32,897 nt of DNA. Origin: Magnetococcales bacterium (GTDB taxonomy: Bacteria; Pseudomonadota; Magnetococcia; Magnetococcales; Magnetaquicoccaceae). The stretch's first letter is position 1. Every line of letters begins with the position of its first letter. Where the stretch lies: positions 1 to 32,897 of the forward strand of contig JADGCE010000014.1 of NCBI GenBank assembly GCA_015229095.1, given 5' to 3'. The notes under the pieces were generated by a model. It ran no database searches. It was not told where the DNA came from and worked only from the letters and a program-made list of their open reading frames with translations. Both the position numbers and the translations under genes were made by a program. This document shows, one piece after another, positions 25,133 through 32,897 of this stretch.

Positions 25133-27394
25133 ATGCGCTCTATGACGCTTGCACTGGCCGGGGCAGCCTGCCTGGCGACCGGTTTGTGGGGATCGGTTCC
25201 AGCTCGCTCCGAACCGGAGGAAAACCGGGAAGAGCGGGAGGGGATCCGAGAGATGAGCCCCACCGCCGCACCCTTCGTCAAACCGGAAAGCGCCGTTTCG
25301 GTGGGAGTCGGCTATCAGGGGGGCCATCGGGAGCAGTTGGGAATGTTTGATGGGCAAACGGACAGCGACGGGCGGTTGTTGCTGGATGCCCAGATTCGCA
25401 AACGGGATGAGGCCACCGGCACCTGGGCCACGGCTCTGGGGCGCAACCTGGGGTTGAATGACAACCGGGATGTCAAACTGGGGTATGAAAGGCAGGGAAA
25501 CTGGGGGGTCAACCTGGAATACAGCGAAACGCCTCGCCTCGCCCCCTATTCCGTCAATACCAAGATTGCGGGACTGGGCACCACCCATCCCGTCATCCCC
25601 AAAACCAGCACAAATCCACCCACCAACACGACCTATGGTAATGGAGCCAATTTTCAAATCGGCACCGATCGTGATCGATTTTCTCTGAACGCTTTTCGTC
25701 TGTTCAGCAATAAAGTCAAATTCAATTTGGGCTTCCGCAATGAAGTGAAAGAGGGCACGAGGCAGTGGGGCAAGGGCAGCGCCCCCGAATTTCTCGTGGA
25801 GCCGATCCATTGGGAGATGCGCCAGTGGGAGCCCACCTTGAGTTATACAGGTGAGCAATGGCAATGGTTGGGCGGCTACAGCGGCAGTTGGTTCAAAAAC
25901 GGCAATACCCTGGTGGATGTGACCTACCAGGGAGACAATCCGGCCACTCTGGCCAACCATACCTATCTGAGCCAACCCCTGGACAACGAAGCCCACCAGT
26001 TGTTTCTCAGCGGGGGATATAACATCACCCCGGAGACCCGCAGCACCTTCAAGTTTGCCCACACCCGTGCATTACAGAATGAACCCTTTCCCACCAGCAC
26101 GATAACCGGTTTGCCTCTGGTGGCGGCCCTCCCCACCCGGCTTTCCCGGTCCGGGGCCCCCTCCAGCCTGCAGGGAGAGGTGGACACCACTTCTGTTTTG
26201 TTGGGATTGACGGCCCGCCCCTGGTCCAAACTGAGCGTGACCACCCGGCTGCGCTATCAGGATATCCATGACAAAACCCCCACTTGGCTGGTGGCCACTC
26301 TTCCCAACCCACCCGCCCTTCCGACCACCCAGGTCCACTCCACCCCTCTTTCCAGCAGAACCATTACCGGTCAACTGGAGGGTATCTATCGGCTGCCCTA
26401 TCACATGCTCCTGACCGGGGGGGTCGAACACAGGGATCAAAAACGGCAGATTCCTTTCGGCAATGATATTGTCCGGGACGGCAAGGATGATGAAAGGTTT
26501 GTCCCCTGGCGGTCCGAGTTGGATGAGACCACCTACAAGATTCAAGTACGTCGCCATCTGTCGGAAACCGTCAATGGTTCCCTGGGCTTTGAACACAGCG
26601 TGCGGGAGGGAGATCCATATATCCGTTCTGTCAAAATTTTGGGTAACATCCGGCCATTTTTTATCGAAAACCGGGAGCGGGACAAACTCCGTTTTTCCAC
26701 GGACTGGCGTCCCATGGAGCGACTCGGCCTCCAGTTTAACGTGGACAACATTCTGGACCGCTATGACCTGGACCAGAACGCCTATGGTCGGCAAAAGAGT
26801 TATTCCCAACTCTATTCTGTGGATGCGGATTATGCGCCCACGGACAAATGGCTGTTGACGGCCTGGTATTCCTACGACACCGCCAAAACCTGGCAACACA
26901 GTGGTCGTTGGAGCCAACCCGCCAATGCGGCTGCCCTCATCCAACATGAAGCGGACAAGGAGTCGTTGCTGACAGATATGGGCAGTTCCGTCGGTTTGGG
27001 CATGCGCCACCAGTGGGATGAACACGTCAAGCTGGGTATCAACTTCCAGCGGTCACAGACCCGCTCTTCCTTCGAAGACAGAGTGACGGTCGATCCCACC
27101 GCGACGGCCCGGAATGCCTATCCAACCAGCGGGGGGGTCACGGTCTCTCCCCTGGCCGATATCACCAGCCCCATGACCCGTCTGAACGCCTTTGCCGAAT
27201 ACAAAGGGTGGGGACCGGGCACCCTGCGCGGTGAATTCATTCATGAACGGTGGCGTACCGATGACTGGACTTGGCAAACCAGTGATGGAAAACCTTTTGT
27301 ATACGGCACCACCACGGATGGCACCCTGATCTCCAGAGTGGACGATCAAACCTCCCATTATGTCGGGTTGCGCTATACGACCCATTTTCAGTAA
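25133..27394 (+). CDS. mtoB: MtrB/MtoB/PioB-family outer-membrane beta-barrel porin
   Basis: Follows the decaheme gene; signal peptide; RNLGL..R, R.E.KEG.R..G, EPI, Y.GSWF.N and P.DNEAHQ motifs; amphipathic strands; C-terminal YVGLRYTTHFQ. Confidence 0.9.
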   Translation: MRSMTLALAGAACLATGLWGSVPARSEPEENREEREGIREMSPTAAPFVKPESAVSVGVGYQGGHREQLGMFDGQTDSDGRLLLDAQIRKRDEATGTWATALGRNLGLNDNRDVKLGYERQGNWGVNLEYSETPRLAPYSVNTKIAGLGTTHPVIPKTSTNPPTNTTYGNGANFQIGTDRDRFSLNAFRLFSNKVKFNLGFRNEVKEGTRQWGKGSAPEFLVEPIHWEMRQWEPTLSYTGEQWQWLGGYSGSWFKNGNTLVDVTYQGDNPATLANHTYLSQPLDNEAHQLFLSGGYNITPETRSTFKFAHTRALQNEPFPTSTITGLPLVAALPTRLSRSGAPSSLQGEVDTTSVLLGLTARPWSKLSVTTRLRYQDIHDKTPTWLVATLPNPPALPTTQVHSTPLSSRTITGQLEGIYRLPYHMLLTGGVEHRDQKRQIPFGNDIVRDGKDDERFVPWRSELDETTYKIQVRRHLSETVNGSLGFEHSVREGDPYIRSVKILGNIRPFFIENRERDKLRFSTDWRPMERLGLQFNVDNILDRYDLDQNAYGRQKSYSQLYSVDADYAPTDKWLLTAWYSYDTAKTWQHSGRWSQPANAAALIQHEADKESLLTDMGSSVGLGMRHQWDEHVKLGINFQRSQTRSSFEDRVTVDPTATARNAYPTSGGVTVSPLADITSPMTRLNAFAEYKGWGPGTLRGEFIHERWRTDDWTWQTSDGKPFVYGTTTDGTLISRVDDQTSHYVGLRYTTHFQ

Positions 27395-27454
27395 AGGCTC
27401 TTGCAGCCGTTGTTTTTGACTGGGCATTCAGCGGACAAGCGAGCAAAAAGGTTC

Positions 27455-29467
27455 ATGAACAGCGGTATCATCCTATTTTTATATTTTATATCAAATGTTT
27501 GCTGGATGATTTTCTCTGGCGTTTCCGTGAGCGTGGCGGGGGAGGTGCCGGTAGAGAGTGGTCACCCCCATGTACTTGCGGATAATCGCGCCTGCTGGGA
27601 GTGTCACGACGGCAATCGAATCATCGTGCCCTCTCTGGAAGAGTCCACCGCCCTCTCACCCAGCACGCCACCTCTGACGGCAATCATTCCCGATCTCTAT
27701 GCCCGCAGCGTGCATGGGCGGATGCTGTGCATCGACTGTCATCGCCGTATTCTTCGCATCAAACCGCCACACCAGGAAGATGAACCGGAAAAAGTGGGGT
27801 GTGCCCGTTGTCACGCCGAGCTGGCGCGCAGACCACAGCCGGGTGCGACCACACCCGGTTCCCCCCGCATGGCGGAGATGATGCGCACCATTGAGCACTA
27901 CAGCCGTTCGGTGCATGCCTGCGCCAATCAGGATGATCACGAACAGGTGAATGCTACCTGTCATGAATGCCACGACAGCCATTTTTTCAATATGCCCTCC
28001 GACAAAAACAGCCCGGCCTACGCCGACACACGATTGGTCATTCCGCAACTGTGTGGCAAGTGTCACGACGAGCAGTTGGAGAGCTATACGACCTCTGTGC
28101 ATGGGATGGAATTGCTGACCAAAGGCAACCCCAAGGCGGCTGTGTGTACCGATTGTCACCCGGCACACCGGAGCACGGGAGCCTATCTGGGGGCCTTCAA
28201 GTTGCAGAGCGCCGACACCTGTGGCAGCTGTCATCCGCACAGTCTCAGCACCTATCGCGGCACGTATCACGGGAAGGTCATGCGGTTGGGTGATCACTAC
28301 ACCGCGAAATGTTTTGATTGCCACGAAAGTCACAAGACGCTGGCTGTGAAAGATCCCCGATCCACCCTCCATCCCGATAACCGTTTAAAAACCTGCCAGA
28401 AATGCCATGACGGCAGGCGCCGCCCCCTGGCGACGGCGGGCTTTGTCTCCTTTGCCCCCCATGCCCATACCATGGATTATGACCGCTATCCCCAAATGTG
28501 GATCGCTTCCCGATTCATGAGCGGGCTTTTTTGGAGTGTACTGCTCTTCTTTTGGCTCCACTCCGCCCTGTGGTACTACCGGGAGAGACGGGAACGACCG
28601 CCATCCGGTCCGCCTGTTTCCCTGGCACACCCGCTTGTCAGCAAGGTCCGGGGTCGTCATGTGCGCCGTTTTTCCCTCCTGTGGCGGGTGGCGCACCTGC
28701 TTTTTGCTCTGGCGGTCATGACATTGCTGCTGACAGGCATGACCCTGCTCCAGTCTGGTGCTGTGTGGGCCCCTGTTCTGGTCAAACTGTTGGGAGGAGT
28801 GCAACAGGTCGGTCTGATCCATCGCCTGGCGGCACTCCTGTTGACCACCCTTTTTGTTGCCCACCTGGCCTATCTCCTGCGGCATCTGCTGCGCAATCGG
28901 TCGTTCCCGTGGTTTGGACCGGATTCCCTGCTGCCTGCATGGAAAGATGTGACCGACTGTCGCGACATGTTCCGATGGTTTTTGGGACAGGGGAGCAAAC
29001 CCCGTTTTGACCGCTGGACCTATTATGAAAAATTTGACTATTGGGCCGTTTTCTGGGGCGTCTTCATCATGGGAAGCAGTGGAATTTTATTGGCTTTTCC
29101 ACATATTGCCGGACAATATCTCCCGGGATGGTCTTTGAACGTCGCCACGCTTGTGCATGGAGAGGAGGCGCTCCTGGCGGCGCTCTTTCTGTTTACTGTC
29201 CACTTTTTCAACAACCATTTTCGCCCGGCCAAACAGTCACCACCGGACATTGTCATGTTTACCGGCGGCCAGACATTGGAGGCGTTGCAACGGGACCATC
29301 CGGCCCAATTGGAACGTCTGCTGGCTTCTGGAAGGCTGGAGCAGCATCTGGTGGATCCCCCCTCTCCCCTGGCAACAACAGCTGCTCAACTGTTGGGACT
29401 TCTGCTGATCTTCATCGGTTTAGCCTTGTTGTTCGCGATTGTTGGCCCCTATTTTTGGGGCCGATAA
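27455..29467 (+). CDS. CbcL/MtrH/MtoC-like nonaheme c plus 6-TM cytochrome b, paralog 2
   Basis: Nine CxxCH (CWECH, CIDCH, CARCH, CHECH, CGKCH, CTDCH, CGSCH, CFDCH, CQKCH); WTYYEKFDYWAVFWG and HGEEALLA.LFLFTVHFFN.HFRP; same architecture as 2816-4813. Confidence 0.88.
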   Translation: MNSGIILFLYFISNVCWMIFSGVSVSVAGEVPVESGHPHVLADNRACWECHDGNRIIVPSLEESTALSPSTPPLTAIIPDLYARSVHGRMLCIDCHRRILRIKPPHQEDEPEKVGCARCHAELARRPQPGATTPGSPRMAEMMRTIEHYSRSVHACANQDDHEQVNATCHECHDSHFFNMPSDKNSPAYADTRLVIPQLCGKCHDEQLESYTTSVHGMELLTKGNPKAAVCTDCHPAHRSTGAYLGAFKLQSADTCGSCHPHSLSTYRGTYHGKVMRLGDHYTAKCFDCHESHKTLAVKDPRSTLHPDNRLKTCQKCHDGRRRPLATAGFVSFAPHAHTMDYDRYPQMWIASRFMSGLFWSVLLFFWLHSALWYYRERRERPPSGPPVSLAHPLVSKVRGRHVRRFSLLWRVAHLLFALAVMTLLLTGMTLLQSGAVWAPVLVKLLGGVQQVGLIHRLAALLLTTLFVAHLAYLLRHLLRNRSFPWFGPDSLLPAWKDVTDCRDMFRWFLGQGSKPRFDRWTYYEKFDYWAVFWGVFIMGSSGILLAFPHIAGQYLPGWSLNVATLVHGEEALLAALFLFTVHFFNNHFRPAKQSPPDIVMFTGGQTLEALQRDHPAQLERLLASGRLEQHLVDPPSPLATTAAQLLGLLLIFIGLALLFAIVGPYFWGR

Positions 29468-29541
29468 CCGGTGGAGGAGTCAACGCCACAGCACCCGGAC
29501 TCTTCTCCCGGATCCCGGTACGTTGGCCCGCCACGGGATTA

Positions 29542-29555
29542 CCCCGGAAACGGGG
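29542..29555. terminator. Short GNRA-loop hairpin between convergent genes
   Basis: CCCCG-GAAA-CGGGG in the 29468-29568 gap. Confidence 0.3.
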
Positions 29556-29568
29556 GACAACCCGGGTG

Positions 29569-30390
29569 TCACATTTGCCGTGCTGACCCAGCCAACCCGG
29601 TTTCAACCAGAGGCTTTTCGCTTGATTCTGCCCTGACAAACAGCCAATGGGTGGAATCAGAAAGGTTTTCCTGAAATCGATAGCCCCCTTCCGTGAATGC
29701 CTTCAAGGCGTTCGGTTCTGTCAATCTCCGGGTGATCATGAAGCGGGCCATGGCGCCACGGGCGCGTTTGGCCCGCAGGCTGATTGTCAGCAATTTTCCC
29801 TGACGCAGCTCCTTGAACAGAGGTGTGATCATGGGCACATCTCGAACCGCCTTGATATATTCCTCGGAAGCCAGATTGATCACCGTGCGGTTCACCGCCA
29901 GGGAAGCGATGTATTCTGACAAACGTTTTCCCCAGAAGGCATAGAGATCCCGACCCCTGTCGGTGGCAAGAGGTGAACGCATCTCCAGTCGGTAGGGTTG
30001 AATCAGATCCAGAGGACGGAGCACCCCGTACAGACCGGAAAGAATACAGAGCGACTGTTGGGCGGTCTGCCAATCATCCGAACGCCACGACGCCACATTC
30101 AGATCCTCATAGGTGTCCCCCCGGTACATTTCGGCGGCATATTTGCCCGCCGGACAGGCAGGATCTTCTGAAAATCTCTGCAACCGCTCTGCATTGATCC
30201 TGGCCAAGACCGGGCTGATGTCGAGCAGTTTTCCCAGCTCTTCTTCGTTCCGTTTTTTCAGCTCTCTGGCCAATTGGATGGCATCATTCCAAAAAGCTGG
30301 CTGGGTTCCCGGCATATCCCGTCGAGAGGGCGAGGTGTTCAAGGTTTTGGCCGGGGAGATCAGGAGGAGCATGAGGTTTTCCTTTTTCAT
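29569..30390 (-). CDS. yaaA: Peroxide stress protein YaaA (DUF328/UPF0246)
   Basis: LISPAKTL, Y.GD.Y..L, ILSGLYG.LRPLD.IQPYRLEM, INLAS.EY.K and AKRARG.MAR motifs. The start may be 30372. Confidence 0.93.
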   Translation of the reverse strand: MKKENLMLLLISPAKTLNTSPSRRDMPGTQPAFWNDAIQLARELKKRNEEELGKLLDISPVLARINAERLQRFSEDPACPAGKYAAEMYRGDTYEDLNVASWRSDDWQTAQQSLCILSGLYGVLRPLDLIQPYRLEMRSPLATDRGRDLYAFWGKRLSEYIASLAVNRTVINLASEEYIKAVRDVPMITPLFKELRQGKLLTISLRAKRARGAMARFMITRRLTEPNALKAFTEGGYRFQENLSDSTHWLFVRAESSEKPLVETGLAGSARQM

Positions 30391-30514
30391 CGGTTTTCTT
30401 CGACCACACGCTACAACGCTGGAGTTTGACTTGCAAGTATCTTAACATGCGTGGGCGGTTTGCAGCATGCACGCCGCATCGGCCTCCTGTCGCATCATAC
30501 TCCTGTGAGACCTC

Positions 30515-31672
30515 ATGGACCCTGTTACCCATGCCCTGCTGGGCGGCACGATGGCCGTCTTGTTTACCCCTCGCCCCCGGTTGATCACGGCCTCTGTGGT
30601 GGGTGGGTGCGCTGCCTTGCTGGCAGACCTGGATGTGTTGATCCACTCCAGCCAGGATCCTTTGCTGCAACTGGAGTTTCACCGTCAGTTCACCCATGCC
30701 CTGCTCTTCACGCCTGTGGGGGGGTTGGTGGCTGCTCTGCTGCTCTGGTGGTGGGCCAGGGGGCGCGCGACTTTCCGGCAAACCTGGATGATGGGGTGCT
30801 GGGGGTATGTGACCGCCGGTCCTCTGGACGCCTGCACCAGTTATGGTACACAACTGCTTTGGCCCTTTTCCGACCTGCGTATCGCCTGGAGCATCGTGCC
30901 GGTGGTAGAACCGGTGACCACGATACTGCTGGCGATTTTTTTACGTCTGGCCCTGCTCCGGCGTCGCAGGCGGTGGGCGGTTGTGGGCGGAATAACGCTG
31001 GGGTTGTGGTTGGGGGTGGCATGGCTGCAACACCAGCGGGCCATCGACATGGCCCTGTTCTGGGCACAACAGCGGGGCGACCCGGTTGAGGTGTTGCACG
31101 TCAAGCCCACCCTGATGAATCTGGTTTTGTGGCGGGCTGTCTACAAAAGCGGCCCAGACATCCAAAGTGTCGCGTTGCGTCCGGGGTTGTGGGAAGAGGC
31201 GCGCCTCTATCCGGGAGAGCGTGCCCGCTGGATCGATCCGACCAAACCGCTGCCGGGCATTCCGATGGAGTCGGTTCTGGGGCAGGATGTGCGCCGTTTT
31301 GTACGCCTTTCCGACCATTTTGTCGTGATCCATCCCCGCCATCCCCAGGTACTCGGCGATGGACGGTATGCCATGCTGCCCCACACCATCGATCCGTTGT
31401 GGGGGATTACCCTGGATCCGAACCGTCTCGAGCGGCACGCTCCTTTTGACACTTTTCGCGCCTGGTGGCCGGAAAATGCCGGTGTTCTTCTGCACATGCT
31501 GTTGGGCAGAGAGGGCGTTCCTGCGGCGCGCACTGGCATCAAAATCCGCCAATCCCATCACCTTTTCCCCCTGCACACTGGCCTGCGCCCTGGCAAAGGT
31601 CACCAGGTGTTCCGGGCCACGGCAGAGGCGGTCGTGACGGGTGTCAAGCGACACGAACAATTGACCCCCTGA
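30515..31672 (+). CDS. YdjM-like membrane-bound metal-dependent hydrolase
   Basis: MDPVTHALLG, ADLD, HRQFTHAL, LDACTSYGT.LLWPFS and P...N..LWR motifs with several TM segments; the last ~55 aa look like read-through. Confidence 0.85.
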   Translation: MDPVTHALLGGTMAVLFTPRPRLITASVVGGCAALLADLDVLIHSSQDPLLQLEFHRQFTHALLFTPVGGLVAALLLWWWARGRATFRQTWMMGCWGYVTAGPLDACTSYGTQLLWPFSDLRIAWSIVPVVEPVTTILLAIFLRLALLRRRRRWAVVGGITLGLWLGVAWLQHQRAIDMALFWAQQRGDPVEVLHVKPTLMNLVLWRAVYKSGPDIQSVALRPGLWEEARLYPGERARWIDPTKPLPGIPMESVLGQDVRRFVRLSDHFVVIHPRHPQVLGDGRYAMLPHTIDPLWGITLDPNRLERHAPFDTFRAWWPENAGVLLHMLLGREGVPAARTGIKIRQSHHLFPLHTGLRPGKGHQVFRATAEAVVTGVKRHEQLTP

Positions 31673-31790
31673 CGACATGAAGAATTGATCCCCTCTCCCG
31701 GTCAAACCGGTTGATTGTTGGCTGCCAATGTCCCGGGCTTCAGTAGACCGGAACGCCGTTTTTCCCGCAAACAGGGCGTTGTTGCATGAT
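31510..31790 (-). pseudogene. Possible remnant of a minus-strand gene running in register into the hydrolase 3' end
   Basis: Minus frame ALFAGKTAFRSTEARDIGSQQSTG..GDQFF..GGQLFVSLD..LADFD has mostly G/C third positions but no credible start or own stop. Confidence 0.3.
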
Positions 31791-31809
31791 TCGCATGGAA
31801 CACCAGCCA

Positions 31810-32897
31810 CTTGACTGGGATACAGATTTCTATAGTAATACACCTATCCCAACACTATATAATATAAATCGTTTTTTTAAAAATATCTCATCGATTCTTC
31901 CAAAACCCAATAATACCAGATATCTATCATTGAAACCCTTTTACAATCGGGATCATCTCTTCCATTAAAGCATCGACCGAAGATAGCGACTTGAAAGCCT
32001 GAACAATCAAAAAGCGGGTTGTTCGAGACATAACTTTAGATATAGAGGCGTGAGACTTTAGCATCTTATACAAAAAAATCATCACAACATTTTCTTCGTT
32101 GTGGCCGGTTTCCACCAAAATAACCAGTTTTTCCATGATTTCCTGTGGAACGCCCATAGCAGATAGATCCGATAATGATCGAACTTGCAATGTCTTGACA
32201 AAAACGCCATGTGCAGCCTCCAGGTTCCTGAAAAATTCTCTGGAATCAACATATCCAACTGGTATTGTAGGAAGCTGTCTTTGCGTGTCTTCAATGCTGG
32301 ATTGACGATTAAATACTCTTATCATTCTAAATAATATCACTATCTTCTCTGATGCATTCTGGAAAATGCTATCGTCTATCATTTTTTTTGAAAAATTACT
32401 GGGACGTCCATTCTGAATGCTGTCATTATCCGGCATGACCCGACGGCAAAAAGTAGGTACATCATAGGATTCCCCTAATTTTCCAATCCCTCCCCATCCA
32501 GCAGATAGCATCCCATCGATTTTGCGCAACTCAGGTAGGTAATTCACTTTTTGGTCGTCATGCCGCATATCCAGAACCAAATAGTGTGTGTATGCACTAA
32601 CCAATTGGTAGCGTATAGCAATTTGTGCTGCAGATAACGGATTTGTAATATTCAGCATGCGTTGATGGGCTGCCAGCCGGGCTGTCAGGGAGGTGTGATT
32701 ATTTGGAACTTCCTGGTTTTGAGATATTGGGGAAATTTCCACAGATTCTTCCAGCACTCGACCATCCTCCATGGTCAGAACAAGTTTCAGTTCCCCAGCT
32801 GGTTTCTCGGCAAATCGGTTGAAAATATGGACAGTATCTCCCGAATAGATGGCGCTAACATTGACATCATCCATCGGATTTCCCGGCCATATGATAT
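31810..32897. other. Edge of an AT-rich, probably horizontally acquired segment
   Basis: Abrupt visible shift from GC-rich to AT-rich sequence at about 31810, persisting to the window end. Confidence 0.6.
31927..32895 (-). CDS. C-terminal part (partial, open at window edge) of a probable VIT/VWA-domain protein
   Basis: The frame is open to the window end (IIWPGNPMDD...). AIYSGDTVHIF, ARLAA, IAIRYQLVS.YT.YLV and LPEL.K..GML.AGWGG motifs recall VIT-VWA protein C-termini. Confidence 0.6.
   Translation of the reverse strand: MIWPGNPMDDVNVSAIYSGDTVHIFNRFAEKPAGELKLVLTMEDGRVLEESVEISPISQNQEVPNNHTSLTARLAAHQRMLNITNPLSAAQIAIRYQLVSAYTHYLVLDMRHDDQKVNYLPELRKIDGMLSAGWGGIGKLGESYDVPTFCRRVMPDNDSIQNGRPSNFSKKMIDDSIFQNASEKIVILFRMIRVFNRQSSIEDTQRQLPTIPVGYVDSREFFRNLEAAHGVFVKTLQVRSLSDLSAMGVPQEIMEKLVILVETGHNEENVVMIFLYKMLKSHASISKVMSRTTRFLIVQAFKSLSSVDALMEEMIPIVKGFQ

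Noticed and set aside
24100-27394. Calling the conduit mtrAB (metal reduction) or dmsEF
   Set aside because: No mtrC/omcA or dmsAB is adjacent; the MtoD-like gene and CxxC-less porin favour the Mto type, although direction is unproven.
29471-29674. 67-aa ORF after the second CbcL-like gene
   Set aside because: Overlaps the yaaA 3' end, is Pro/Gly-rich and spans hairpin-forming intergenic DNA; no coding support.
30429-30438. Perfect palindrome ACTTGCAAGT between divergent yaaA and the hydrolase gene
   Set aside because: A 10-bp palindrome is expected many times by chance in 33 kb; there is no second copy or known motif.

Overview
GC-rich bacterial chromosomal window dominated by redox and signalling genes. 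The taxon cannot be proven from sequence alone; the gene content would fit a chemolithotrophic proteobacterium, for example a magnetotactic coccus. Left end: a sulfur-oxidation locus (3' end of a probable fccB/soxF, then soxY and soxZ), followed by an HAO-fold octaheme cytochrome c with altered active-site residues and a CbcL-like protein (nine c-hemes plus a 6-TM cytochrome b). Middle: housekeeping genes (proS, folE2, nadK, a NUDIX hydrolase, mutM), a small PopZ/DUF2497-like protein, a His-rich glycine-zipper protein, a TPR-glycosyltransferase, a hybrid kinase / hypothetical / PAS-GGDEF-EAL / small-peptide string, a solitary Cys-type FdhF and a secreted tandem Tudor-knot protein. Right: a diguanylate cyclase directly ahead of an mtoD-mtoA-mtoB porin-cytochrome conduit that ends in a second CbcL-like paralog, then yaaA, a YdjM-like membrane hydrolase and the edge of an AT-rich segment with a partial VIT/VWA-type gene. 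I count 37 CxxCH motifs in five genes. The most striking pattern is the same nonaheme-cytochrome b quinone coupler attached to two different periplasmic or extracellular electron modules: Sox/HAO-like and MtoDAB.
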